Shown here in pieces: positions 1-12,304 of a DNA stretch of 64,000 nucleotides (its first letter is position 1; each line of letters opens with the position of its first letter). The stretch spans positions 173,786,001 through 173,850,000 of the forward strand of contig OZ038378.1 in the NCBI GenBank assembly GCA_964036045.1. The letters are read 5' to 3'. A program made the position numbers and the translations under genes. The stretch comes from Eutreptiella sp. 'Long Island Sound 2002' (taxonomy: Eukaryota; Protista; Euglenida). Under the pieces are notes generated by a model, which was given only the letters and a program-made list of their open reading frames with translations, searched no databases and was not told the DNA's origin.

Positions 1-362
1 CACAAGGCGCACTGGTTGAGAAACTTGAAGCACCTCTGCAAGCCATGAGTTCTGCCTGGTTATTACTTGATCCAGGACACCACCGGGTGCTGCATCCTTG
101 TGCTATGGTTGTGGGCTCAAGGCCCCCGTAGAGAGCTCCACCTACCGATGGCGGACTTAAGCTGCGGTCCGGATGTCTGAGTCGCTGCGGGCTTTGATAC
201 CCCTAGCACCTAGTCCAGCTAGGCAGGCTGGACTATCAATCCTGACCTTGCCCGGGGAGGCTGTCGGCAGCCGGGGATGCATGGGCGGGCAGTGGGTGAG
301 GTGGCAGGGCACACGGTCATGCATGTGTGTCTTGGTGCTCCATGGGTGGGAACCAAGGGCAG

Positions 363-464
363 GAGCCGTGGTTTCGTTGACGGTTGATGGCTATTAATGT
401 CCTGGCCGCTCTTGCGACGGGGGGGTTAGGGGTTAGCGGGTTAGAGCCGTGGTTTCGTTGACGG
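363..464 (+). mobile_element. 60-bp insert ending in TTAGGG-variant repeats, between 21-bp direct repeats
   Basis: gagccgtggtttcgttgacgg at 363-383 and 444-464 flanks core 384-443 (...ggggttaggggttagcgggtta). The same core occurs inverted at 21418-21482. Confidence 0.45.
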
Positions 465-606
465 CACGCTGTCTATATGGAGATTGTAGACCCCAGCAGG
501 GTTGGCCTCTGTTGGGCGTTGGAACACGGAACACATGGTTATCTGCAGGTGGTAGGATGTAGGAATGTTGAACCTCGCAGTTTGCACATGAGTGAATGAT
601 GGCCTT

Positions 607-607
<1 letters not shown>

Positions 608-697
<90 letters not shown>

Positions 698-702
698 ACA
701 CA
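608..702. repeat. (CA)n microsatellite
   Basis: Uninterrupted AC run 608-692 plus short extension. Confidence 0.97.
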
Positions 703-877
703 CTGTTGAGTGCTATCTTCGGTATATTCTGCCAACAATGCGAACTTCAATTGCACACAGCATCATCCATGCACAAAGGGAGACCTCCTGCTGTTAACAA
801 TGAGATCTTGACTTCAACCATCATGGGACACTGTGTTGCATGTGCAAGTGGACTGCCGTTGTTGTCATCATGGTTGG

Positions 878-975
878 GGTTGTTGTTGTTGGTGTTGTTG
901 TTGTTGGTGTTGTTGTTGTTGGTGTTGTTGTAGTTTTGCTGCTGTAGTTGTTGTTGCTGCTGCTGCTGCTGCTGC
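878..975. repeat. (TTG/GGT)n and (CTG)n low-complexity trinucleotide tract
   Basis: gttgttgttgttggt repeats followed by (gct)n. Confidence 0.85.
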
Positions 976-1343
976 CGCCGCTGCTATGATCTGTGTTTGA
1001 TTTTGCTGCTGCCATTATTGTTGCTGCTGAGCTTGCTTGTGTTGAGGGCGCTACCCCTCCCCGCTGCTAAGGGCACTGTGCTTTTTGCTGCTTGCCCTTC
1101 CTGTGAGGCCAACAAGTAGTCTCCTATACAATGGTTTACGTTTGCAGCAGAGTATTATGTTGTGGTTTCAAAACTCTGATTGCTCTCCATACAAGAGCCG
1201 GAAAGGGTTGACAATGGTTCCCCTCTAGCCTGCCGCTGGGGGGGGGCAGGTAGAGATGCTTGCTGTCACCTTTGCTGCTGTTGGTGTTGCTGTTGAACTG
1301 GTGACGATTGAGAACTTTCACCTGCCGCTTGTTGCGCATTGTA

Positions 1344-2149
1344 GGGGGGTGTTGCCTGAACCGTGCGCGCACCGTGCGCGCACCGTGCGTCCTTTTGCGT
1401 ATTCTGTGTCCACCAGATCCACAATGCCTGAATCTGAGCTGCCCTGGCTTGTTGTCGCCGGACTGCCTGTGTACTACCCACCGCTCCAGCGGGGATAGGG
1501 TGTCGGCCACTGTCGTTGACCCTTCTCCAAGAGGTGGGCGTCGCGTCTCTATTCGGTACGAATAGGGTGGTGAAGAGGTCTTGTACGAGCATGCACCCGA
1601 GGAGCGGTTGGAGTTTGCAATTGTGACTGCTGAGAGCCCCGATCCCCCCAACCTGTGCACCATGAGGCGCCGATGGACGCTTTGCTGGAGCCCCAATTAC
1701 CTGAAGTGGAAGCTGAAGCCCCTAGAATTGATGATCATGAGCCAGAATGCTGTGGCGGATGAAATTGAAATTCCCGTAACCCAACCCAACCAGTGTTGTC
1801 GCTTGTGTTGTCGCCTGTGCATGGTTTGTTACGGAGGTGCGTGCAAGGTGCAGAAATTGGGAGCCTGGAACCTGTGACAAGCATCAGATTCAAAAAAAAA
1901 AAATTCCCGGTACGCCAATAGGGGCTGCAGGGTGCAGAAAATAGGACCCTGGAACCTTTGACAAGCATCAGACTAAAAATTGAAGAATCCTGGTATGCCA
2001 GTATGGACTGCAAGGTGCAGAAATCAGGACCCTGGGTGTGTTTCTATGGGGGCCATTCAACGGGGTACAAGTTGGGCAACCATCCCAAAAACATTGAACC
2101 GTGCACGCACCGTGCGCGCACCGTGCGCGCACCGTGCGACAACGCCCCC
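1344..2149. mobile_element. Non-autonomous TIR element, TA-flanked, with subterminal 11-mer arrays
   Basis: TA at 1342-43 and 2150-51. TIR ggggg(g)tgttgcc / gacaacgccccc. (accgtgcgcgc)x3 in the same orientation at ~1359-1389 and ~2099-2138. Internal ~83-bp tandem unit starting at 1843, 1927 and 2010. Confidence 0.7.
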
Positions 2150-2711
2150 TAGGCCAATGACATGGTTTGGCGAAAACCGCCGGCAGTGTCATGTCGGCCA
2201 TGGACCCGGAGGGCAGAGCTGGCCGCTCCCCGGAGCGAGGCCCCGGCAGGGCACGCGGCGCCGGCTGAGGTGGCGGGGGTTCCGGGGGGGGGGGGGGGCG
2301 TATGGGCGCGCGCAGGTGCCGTCTCGGTGGGGGGGGGGGCAAACAGGTCATCCCCCACCCCCATGGATTCCTCCTGGCATCCCTCCCCCCCCCCCAGGTC
2401 AAGGGAGGGGGCGGTACGCAGGCGCTTCAGGGGCTGGGGGTCACCAGCAGCCGGTGGCCGTGGGGGCGGAACCCCCAGCTTCCGTGGCGGGGCGGTGCAC
2501 CGCCGGTTGGCCGGGGGAACGCTGGTGGCAGCGCCTCTTACGCTAGGCGTGCCCGCCCCAGCGACGCTGACATGGCCGCCGCCCAGCACGCCATTCCTGC
2601 GGCGGCAGCACCTTGCGCCCTGGTGCAACTCTGGCCTGCATGCGGCTGACAAATCCCCTGCACTGCAATCCACCCGTTGAAACGCACTGGGACAAGGTCT
2701 AGCCCGGTCAT

Positions 2712-2721
2712 GACTCCACAG
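2712..2721 (+). promoter_or_regulatory. Putative splice/trans-splice acceptor before the peptidase ATG
   Basis: gactccaCAG ends 10 nt before ATG 2732. Confidence 0.4.
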
Positions 2722-2731
2722 GCCCTGCACA

Positions 2732-5700
2732 ATGTCCACGCCCGTGACCAAGCGCTACGGTGAATGGACGAGCCCCATCACGTCCGAGTGCATCACGTCA
2801 TCCTCAATCAAATTGGGGGCCCCCACTGTCTTAACAGACAACACCGGCGCCGCGCATCTGTTTTGGCTTGAAGGCCGGCCGCTGGAGAAGGGCCGGCAGG
2901 TACTCGTGCGCTACTCCGTCGCTGACGCTCGCGCGTGCGACGTCACTCCCGCAGGGGACTGGAACGTGCGCACGCGCGTGCACGAGTACGGCGGTGGGGA
3001 CTACCTCATTAGTGGCGGCAAAGTTTTTTTCTCCAACTTCGCGGACCAGCGGCTCTGGCAGCAGGACGCGTTCACCGCATCGGACCCGGTTCCGCTGACC
3101 CCCGCCGACGCTGCACTCCGCTTCGCAGACGCGACACTTGACGAGCGACGGTCACGGATCATCTGCGTCATGGAGGATCACTCCGAGTCTACTGCGCAGC
3201 CGCGAAACTGCATCGCGGCGGTCGCACTCGGTGGGTCTGGCTCGCCCGCCCCCCCTCAGGTCCCAGAGCGCGTGAGTCTCGAGAGTTGCTTAATTGGTGG
3301 GGTCTGCAACAGCATGGCCGGTCGACCAGGCTGGGATGGGTTTTGATATTGGGAGCACACACCTTGGCAGCTGACGCTGCCCGGCGCATTTCTTAGGCAC
3401 GGGCCTTCTGTCGCGTGGTTGGCAAGGCAACCGCCTCAGTGCTGACTGTTGCAGAAAGCGGCGAAACTCTGGTTTTTCCAGTCAAGGAGAGTCTCGGATC
3501 GCAGACTTGCTGCCAACGGTTGCTGATTTGCTGCATCAGATGGCTGTTAACAGTTGCCAGAGAGCAATTCTGGGTGAAACGCCCACTGGAATCCTTCTTT
3601 GGGGCCGCACAATTTCTGTGATGCCTTTCAAACAGCTTGTTACGGTTGCGGCGCTTGCCATGACTGCTGTTGTTAGCGTTGTGTAGTTGTGGGTGTGAGG
3701 TGCGGATGTGGAATGTGGACGGGCAAGGGGACTGTGGCGGGGGTTTGAAGGTTGCAAGGCAAATGCGGCAGATGGCAACGGGATGTGGGAGATGAAAAGT
3801 GGCATGAGGATGTGTGGCAGCACTTCCGCTCCTCTCGATTTTCCGGCCAACCCTCCATTGATGCTCAGCGAATGGTGGTTGAGGTCCGAAGTTTGAATGC
3901 GGTGACCACGCAAGACTCACACCCACTCCCCAAGATCGAGAACATTTCAGCTCTTGGCCCTTGCAGATGCTGTTTTGAGTGCCTGGTGTCTGAAGGTTCT
4001 GGTACAGCCACCCCAACAATGAGCGTGTGCGCAGCACAAGCACTGCAGCGGCATAAATACACCAAAGCCTTCCGTCGTGTGGCAGGCCACAACTGTTGTA
4101 AACATGCAGCGGGATGGCCTCTGCCTGAAGCCCCACGTGGAGTGTTTGTGCCCAAGCCCATTGTGCACCACATCATTGGAGCAGTGGTACAGGACCCCAG
4201 ACCCGGGAAGGGGCAGGGGTTATGGGGTCTAACCCGGGGGCTGGGCTGGGCTCGGGCGGGGCAGGGGCCCACATCTTCGGGGAAGGGGGGGGCTTTCCAG
4301 ACCTTGGGGGCCAGTTGGGGGGTTCGAGGGGTGGCAAAAGTGGGGGGCTGCCGGTGTTGATATGTAGCCCCCTCCCCCGGCCCGTTGCGCAGTCTGTTCT
4401 CGCTCTGACAGTGCGTTTTGGCAGCGTGTATTTCTCACACCAATTTGCATCGTTTCCCCCTCCCGCTCCTCCTGCAAGTTATGTGCCTTTCAGTGGTTGC
4501 AATCCAGTGGCTCTTGGTGGCTGTGTTGAACAGGGTATGTCCACCAAAGGTTCCACCTGCACCTCCGCTGAGCTCACCTTGAGTTACCCCCCCCCCCCCC
4601 CCCTGCCCTGCGCAACAATTACCCCCTGGTATTTTGTGACACCACTGTTCCCACGGGCATGTCCAACGACCAACGCCTGGTGAAACGTGCTTTTTTTTTT
4701 TTTGCTTTAAAACGTTGTCCAACGACCACCCGCCAATGAAAACGCCGCAACATTTGCTGGTCATTGCGCAACTTCTGTGCTTGTGCATTGTGGACAAAGG
4801 AATCCGTGCATTTCCGTTGTTGCTCTCAGGTGCTCGCAGGCGGCGGCGATTTCGTTGCAAACCCGACGCTCAGCCCGGACGGCCGCACCCTCGCGTGGTT
4901 CCGGTGGAGCCACCCGAACATGCCCTGGGACGGCACAGAGTTGTGCGTGGCTGCCGTAGACGACTCCGGGGCCCTGGGGGAGACGCGGGTCGTGTGTGGC
5001 GGTCCCTCGGAGTCCGTTCTGGAACCTCTGTTCGGTCCCGACGGGGCCTTGTACTTCATATCGGACCGCAGCGGCTGGTGGGGCCTGTACAAACAGCCCC
5101 CGGGCACCTCCGATGTCACGCCCGTCTTCTGCCGGGAGGTGGAGCTCGGGGGGCCTATGTGGCAATTCGGCAGGTCATTGTACCGACTGCTCCCCGACGG
5201 CACCGTCCTCTGCACTGTGTTCGACCCAAAGGTCCCTGCTCTTCCTTTGCCGTATTGCACAGTCAATGGGGGCCACGTGCGCCCCAAACTGTTGGTGCTA
5301 ACTCGCCCAGCCTGAGTACGCCTGCGTACGCTAGGACACAACAACAACCAGGTTGCCCTAATACATGCACCTCACTCAAGTGTTGGATATTATTTTATGG
5401 GGAGTTGGGGGACTGTAGGGTGTGTTTGGTGGCAAAATTTGCTGTTGCATGGTGAGAAAGCAGAGTACTGGAATACAAACCTGCTGGCCTAGCAGTCGAG
5501 GTTCCTAGCAGCCAACATGCCGATCAACCGGGGCGTGTAGCTCAGTGGTAGAGCGCCCGCTTTGCATGCGGGAAGTCCAGGGTTCGATCCCCTGCTCGTC
5601 CAATTTCTGGTGTGGCACATTTGCAACCGTTATGATAGGGCGGGAACGAGTGGCTCAACACCTTAGAGCACCAGAGCGAAAACCCTGGGGTTGGAGGTAT

Positions 5701-8700
5701 AAGGCCTTCCTCCGCCTCCTTTCGTTAGTTTTCGACGTGTATGTCATCACGTCTGTACTGTGATATGTTTGGGCCCATTCTCTGTACTGTGATATGTTTG
5801 GGCCCATTCTCTGTACTGTGATATGTTTGGGCCCATTCTTCCTTCCCAGGTTCACCACACACACCATCCTTTGGCATGACCCTATGCTGTTTGCGCTACA
5901 ACCACCTCTCCTCGGTCGGCGAACCGCAACCTACAGTTATGCTGAAACAGGTCAGCGATCAGCATAATACCACAAGAACAGAAAATTGCTGGCGTTAGGA
6001 TTTGCAGATGGTGGGAAGCGCCACGGTCCAGCGGTATTGGTGCTGTGGACGATGGTCAAGTAGCAAATGGAAGGCACCACCAGGTTATCAAGGTGCATGT
6101 CGCTCTTGTGGTCACACACATGGTCTGTTCCGATTCGTGATGTTTTTGTTCCGCGACCCGTCGGTATGGCTTAATGTCCTTCGTCAGGTTGGTACCCCTC
6201 AGCTGTGTGTTGCCGACCCCCGGAATTTCTCCCTTAAAGCGCTGAGCATTCCCATCTCCGAACGCGTCGGCCTAAGATGGGCGGAGGGGCCGCAGGGGCT
6301 CGTTGGCGCGTGTCTGACGGGCTCCCCGGTGGAGCCTTCGCAGATCCGGGTCGGGCACTTCCCGACGCTGGAGGCGCTCCTGGCGTCATCAGCGGATAAT
6401 TGGACGGCGGTTAAGTCCTCCGTAGCATCAGCCATCGACAAGGGCTACCTGTCGAATCCACGGCCCATCGAGTTCCCGACGGAGGCAGGGCGTAAGGCCT
6501 GGGCTATTGTGTATTCTCCGGCGAACAAGGATTTCGTAGCGCCCGAAGGAGGTGTGTGCGTTGTGGCCATCCCCCCCCCCCCGTTCGCGAAGGGGGGAGG
6601 GACACCGATGGGGAATTCGTCAGGTCCGCTCTGTTTGTCCTTGTGCGTGCGCGCGCTCCCGTGTCTGCCACATCTGGAATAGTGTTTTCAGTGTTTTCAG
6701 TGTTTCAACATGCTGCAGGTTGGATCCAAAAACTTGCCTGCTACAAACCCGCCGCATGGAGAAGCACGGTGGTGTCAAAAAAGACGGGTTGCAGTTCTTT
6801 GGCTCCCCCAGGACTGACTTCGACAAACATCACAAAAGACATCACACTGGATTTCGGGTGTACAACATGGTAAATGATCGGCCCACGGAACCACCCCTTA
6901 AGGACAGGTAAGGAGCGTCATGAATGTCACCAATTGTGCCAAGGGCGTCCCAGAAGCTGGTTCCAAACAGCCAAGTTTGATCGCCTGCTCCAATTTCTCG
7001 TGCACTGTGATTCAGCATCCTCTATTGGCTCTCTTGTGATTGGGCGTCGTTTTCCGCTCAGCAATTTGACAGGCCTCTCAATAATCTTTGTCTGAAAGAA
7101 ATTGTGCTGAAACTCTTGTTGTCCCTTTTGACAACGCCGCAATTTTGCAACACCTGTTTACAAGCCTCAAACCCTTGTCTCAGACCCTGCCCTCCATCGA
7201 AGCGGGCCTCCGAGCCCCCCGAGGCGATCCTCTGATGAGCACCAACGGTTGAAGCATGCCGCAGAACCTGTTTTGGGGGCCTGTCGGTGGGGGTCTTCGA
7301 AGCATGCCGCAGCATGCCGCATCACACTGAAAATTGGGTTGGGATTTTTTGGGAAAAAATATCGGACCAAAATATCAATCCCGTCCCTGAGCCCTCATGT
7401 GTCAGAGATGGCCAGCACTCTAGTGGTGAAATGCTGCATCTGTATTTGGGGGTCTCATTGAATTCCTGGTTCTCACAACATGTGGCAAACCTGCCAGGGG
7501 CAGGGCCCCATAGTCCAACCCAGGGTTGTTTTTTTTTTGCTGTGCTGTGCTTTTCTTCACCTCGTCTTCTGATGTCTACTGTTGAACGCACTGAGGAGGG
7601 GACAACGCAACCCAAGAGGAACAAGGAGACAACCAGGAGTACTACAGACTGTTTGCGGTGGGAGTGGAAGCACAAGTGTGACGAGGAATAACAACATGAC
7701 CACCCATGAATTGATTCTGTTGTGTTCATCTTTGCAGGATGTCAGGAGATGCATGCCTTTGTGTTTGGTTCTGGGTTTTGCCACCTTTTCAGCTTCTGGA
7801 AAATTTGGTTACCCCCCACCTACGGCTTGAAGCATGCCTCAGCACGACGCAGCACAGCAACTTTTTCCTGGGAACCGTTGGTGCTTGCTGAAGACGACAG
7901 TTGGGTGGGAGTGGGGCAGGCTCCTTGGATGTTCGGGCCACTGACAAGGAGGTCCTGCGCCTCCTTCTGAACCCACGTGACAATTTTTACGAGGTAGGCC
8001 CGCTGAGCCCCAGGCCTTAGGCAACAGAGATGATCTGACAGCCGACGCCAGCCGCACCCTTCAGTTCGCGCCCGTGCGTCCCGTCGGCACCGAACGAAAC
8101 CGAGGCACGATGAACGGCGCGTATCGGAAACACTGCACCGACAGGGCCCCGGCCGTCCGGAGGCATGCCTCCACTGACCGAAACCAGGTGCCTTGGACCG
8201 CAAATGTCATCTGGCGAACCTGCTCCACTTTTGCTGCCCCCCCCCCCCCGGTCAAGCCTCGTGTGGGGACCTCAAGGCAATGTTCGGTGCTAGTCTGGTT
8301 TGCGCTGCAAGGGCCGCAAGGCAAACCACTTTACGCAACAAAGAACAGCAGATTTGGAGTGAACTGCGTAAGTCTGGCATGGGGTCAGGATGATGCTGGT
8401 TTATCCGAAACCTGTGATCATGGCCCGGGTCAAGCCACTGCCCGTCCCACTCCTCGTGTCACAGCCAAGCCCCCGCTGCTGGTGAAGATCCACGGGGGCC
8501 CCACCTCCGCGGCCAGCACGGCCTACAACCTGCGTATCCAGTACTGGACCAGCCGCGGGTACACCGTCGCCGATGTTAACTACGGCGGGAGCACGGGGTA
8601 CGGGCGAGAGTACCGCGACCGGCTGAAGGGGAACTGGGGCGTAGTGGACGTGGACGACTGCACCAACATCGCGCTGCACCTCGTCGACATCGGCGAAGTG

Positions 8701-10869
8701 GACAAGGACATGCTCTGCATCGACGGCGGCAGCGCTGGCGGCTACACAACTCTTGCGTGCCTGGCCTTCAAGGACGTGTTCAAGGCGGGGGCCTCGCACT
8801 ACGGCGTCAGTGACCTTTGCGCCCTGGCGGCAGACACCCACAAGTTCGAGTCCAGGTGCATGTGCATGAGGATCGAGGGATTGGAATGAACACACCCCGT
8901 GACCCAGTGCCTCTCGGTGCCTGTGCCGCAATGCCTGTCGTTACAACGTGTCTGTCCAAATTTTCGGAATCTTGCGTGCTCGAAGGCGGTGTCAGCCACA
9001 ACCAGCAAACCTACTCCATTTTTGTGGTTCACCCTCCCATCCCCCCTCCCCCTCCCTGTATCCGATATGATATTGTCTGCATATTCCCTGTGTATGCCCA
9101 CACATACACACGTTTCTGATGAGGTTGCTAAACCTCATCAGGGGCATTTCTGGTTGTAGGTCGGGTCCGTGTCGCAGATTAGTGTCTAGTGTCTATGCAC
9201 GGTGGTCCACTGAACCGTCATTGTCACGTGCGCACCGGGTGCATAGACCCAACACATGCAAACCACAGGCTCATTTTGCGCACGATTTGGGTCGAGATCG
9301 GGTTGCAGTGTGCATTTCGCACGCGGACCGGGGCAATGGGTCTCCGAGAGGCGGCGTTCTGCCGCAATCCATCGCTGCAGGTATCTTGATACGCTGATCG
9401 GCCCATACCCGCAAGAGAAGGCGAAGTACGACCAGCGGTCCCCCATCAACGCTGTGGACGCCATCCGCTGCCCTGTAGCCTTTTTTCAGGGGATGGAAGA
9501 CAAGATTGTGCCCCCAAACCAGGCGGAGATGATGTTCGATGCGCTGAAGGCGAAGGTCCCAACTGCCCCTCAGCCCCTGCTCTGCAGCCCTGTTTGTGTG
9601 GTCAGTGCCCTTGGATCCTCACGAGGCCGTGTTGATGGGAACTTTGTTTTCGTTTGGGCGCCACGTCGTAGTCAAGTGATCGACTCCCTCTCGTGCGGCA
9701 GTGAAATGGACTAAAACCCTCCAGCGCCAGCCAAGCAAAGCTTCACACCGGCTTTTTTGCAGCAGAAACACGGTGAAAAGAAACCAGCGCAGTTCACCAA
9801 AATGGCTTCATCCCCCTTGTGGCAGAAAGCCTCTGGTTGCCCCCATGCTCTGGGACCCCGGTTTGGCATGGCATACCCAACACTTGAGAGGTGCCAAACA
9901 CCCGGCTCATTCCCTCCCCGGTTTGGGGGTGGGTCACAGTACAGCTGGTCCGCTCCCGCCTATTATCAACAACCTGATCCTGATGCCCTCTTTTCGCCCT
10001 GGTATCCTCATCCAAAGGAGGTTATGCAGTTGTCGCGTGATCGCACATGTCGCCTGCAGATTCAGAAGTGGCAGTGCGGCCATTTACACGTGTTTGTGCA
10101 GTGGGCGGGGTGGGAGGGGAGGATCACAAGCATGTGCCCCACTTTGGCTGTGACGGCACGCATGTTGTATCTTGGGTGCTCTACCTTTACCTCTGCCTCG
10201 CCCAAATGTCCACTTGTACTCCTTTTGTGCTCCATTGTCTTCCATCATTTACACAGGGACTCTTGGTTAATCTTGAACGTGTAGAGTTGAAGAACATCAT
10301 GGCACCATCTGTAAGACAAGCAAGGAAAAGGTTGGTCAAGAAAGGGATCAGGACACGCCACAATGTATACAAAAGGCCTCCAAACTAGCGTCTGAGCAGC
10401 TGCTGCGGGACCAAAATTTTGCACTACATCTGCACTATGTGTATTGCATGCGCATTGCATGAACATCCTTCTCCGAGTTTAATACCCTGACCCTGGGACT
10501 CTCTCACCTGGCACATATGGCCTGTTGGTAGCCAAGCTGCAAAGGGGGGCAAGAGATAGCCTGCCCCCTCTCTGCAAATCTTTTCCTGGTACATGGAGCC
10601 TCTACGTCCTCTCCTCGGTGCTCGTCTCCGTTTTAGCGCTTGCCCTGTTTTCTTGGCGTTGCTTTTTCTCTCAGCGACACTGGTGCTGCTTTGTGCAGGG
10701 GCTGCCCACAGCGCTAGTCTTGTTCGACGGCGAGCAGCACGGATTCCGTCAGGCCGCCAATATCCAGCGCTCTCTCGATGGCGAGCACCAGTTCTTTGCA
10801 AAAGTCTTCGGTTGGGATGTGCCCGTGGAGAAGGAAATAGTTGTAATGGGCCAGACGGCACGGTATTGA
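2732..10869 (+). CDS. Prolyl oligopeptidase family S9 peptidase (acylaminoacyl/dipeptidyl aminopeptidase type), 676 aa, 6 exons
   Basis: Exons 2732-3259, 4830-5231, 6188-6551, 8465-8855, 9381-9555, 10699-10869. All introns are GT-AG with matching phases (0,0,1,2,0); total 2031 nt. N-terminal YGEWTSPIT; IHGGP; NYGGSTGYG; catalytic triad GGSAGG (Ser), DKIVPP (Asp), EQHGF (His). Confidence 0.95.
5531..5602 (+). tRNA. trnA-UGC: tRNA-Ala(UGC) inside intron 2 of the peptidase
   Basis: 72-nt cloverleaf: acceptor GGGCGTG/CTCGTCC with the G3:U70 Ala determinant, D arm GCTC/GAGC, anticodon stem CCCGC/GCGGG with loop TTTGCAT, T arm CAGGG-TTCGATC-CCCTG, discriminator A. Confidence 0.95.
5753..5839. repeat. 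29-bp tandem repeat x3
   Basis: ctgtactgtgatatgtttgggcccattct three times with no spacers. Confidence 0.95.
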
Positions 10870-11330
10870 CCTGAGAGGCATCAGTCCCATCTGCTGGCGT
10901 GACGACGTTGTGGACTGCCTGCAGGCCGGGCCGGGTCTGCAGGCGGCTGCTCTGGAAGTGCCGCACGTCCGGTGGGACTCGATGCCGTGGCTGTGGAAGC
11001 GTGTGTTTTTTGATTGTGTGCCGGACTGCGGAGTATTGATGGCTCTGGTCTAAAGACTGTGAAGAGTGCCGCTTGATGCCGGCGGCTGTGCGTTCGCAAG
11101 CGTTGTCAAGGATCGGCACCACTGCCCATTGCGCGCGGTCCGAGGCCTGGTCAAGGGCAGCGGCGCGCAGGTTTACGCAGAAGTCACGCACAAGAGCAGC
11201 TGCCTACTCCAAATACTGTAGGCTTAGCCGAAGAAGGGCAGGGTCCCTGGGTGCGAGCACTGTGGCAGACACCCGGTGGCCATGCGGCGTCAGATTGCAC
11301 TGGACATAAGACGAGGAGGCGAGATGAGGT

Positions 11331-11380
11331 GAGGTGGGGTGAGGTGGGGTGAGGTGGGGTGAGGTGGGGTGAGGTGGGGT
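11331..11380. repeat. (GAGGTGGGGT)x5 minisatellite
   Basis: Direct reading of the 10-bp unit. Confidence 0.9.
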
Positions 11381-11400
11381 GGGGTGTACTGGGGAACCTC

Positions 11401-12304
11401 CAAGCCCCCCCCAAATCGGCGGCTGAATTCGGCCGACCTCGCCGATTTGTTCCGCCGATTTGTTGGGTTTCTGGATTTCGCCAATTTGTTTTGCCGATTC
11501 TTCGGGTTTCTGTGATTTTGCCCATTCGTTCTGCCGACTTGTTGGGGATTCTGGGATTGTAGGACACCAAATTTGGAGGTGTCAACCTAAGATGTGCATC
11601 ATTTACTGCGGGACACTGGATAATACTTTTTCTTTCTATATTGGTTCTTCAGATTGGCACTATGAAGTGTTTTTACTGCCCAGAGAAAGACGCATCTCTG
11701 GTCCCCTGGGATTCATTGTCCCCCAGTGATCAAACTTTTCTGCGGGACAAGTACCCTGATGCTGGTCAGGGGGCAGTTTGCAACTTATGTGTTCGCTCTG
11801 CATGCCCCAGTGCGTTCTTCAGCCGCCTGGTGCAGCCACGTCTTTGGCCACAGAGTCAGTGGAATCTGGGGTCGTGGAGCCTTCAGCGTCTGTTGCAGAG
11901 TCTGCTACTGCTGCCACAGGGTCTGCCACAGGGTCTGCAACAGACCCACCTAGCGCATCACAATCAGATGGTCAGAAGGTGTGCGCAAAACCTTCGCGCC
12001 CAGACACTTTGAAGAAGGCCAAAAAGCCCCGTGTGCTGAAAAACATTACAGTTGCACAGAGGGTTGAGAATTACGGTCAGTATGGTCTGTACGACAACAG
12101 AGACGAATTTTTTTTCCGAAAATTCAGAGATATTTTGGGTTTCCACATGACTCCAACTATTGAGCAACCATAAGGAAGGTGTGTTTGGGGCCTGGGACTG
12201 AGATCCAGGGCACTTGGAGCCTGTTTTGCCAAAAAATCGGTGCGCCGATTTGTTTGCCGATTTGTTGGGATTTCTTCGCCGATTTTGGGGGGGGGGGGGG
12301 GTTG
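11401..12304 (+). mobile_element. TIR element carrying a frameshifted CxxC...CxxC ORF
   Basis: IR caa(g)C8aaatcggcg / cgccgattttG15ttg; aacctc on both outer flanks; gccgatttgtt subterminal repeats at both ends. ORF from ATG 11662 (CFYC...CNLC) shifts frame to KKAKKPR...EQP* at 12173. Confidence 0.55.

Noticed and set aside
421-448. Chromosome end or true telomere
   Set aside because: Only three degenerate units, interstitial, and duplicated as part of a dispersed repeat.
433-933. CVCV/HTHT ORFs, also at 20.6, 21.5, 46.3 and 47.1 kb
   Set aside because: Translations of (CA)n microsatellites.
5400-5530. snRNA, SL RNA or 5S gene divergent from the tRNA (trypanosomatid-like layout)
   Set aside because: No recognisable snRNA, SL or 5S sequence on either strand by eye; an Rfam scan would settle it.
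5753-5839. 29-bp x3 repeat (and 43-bp x4 at 31283-31454) as a CRISPR array
   Set aside because: No spacers, no cas genes, eukaryotic context; these are simple minisatellites.
6746-6911. MEKHGG...KRHHTGF ORF as a fourth member of the conserved TIR peptide family
   Set aside because: Similarity too weak and no matching pair of TIRs found.
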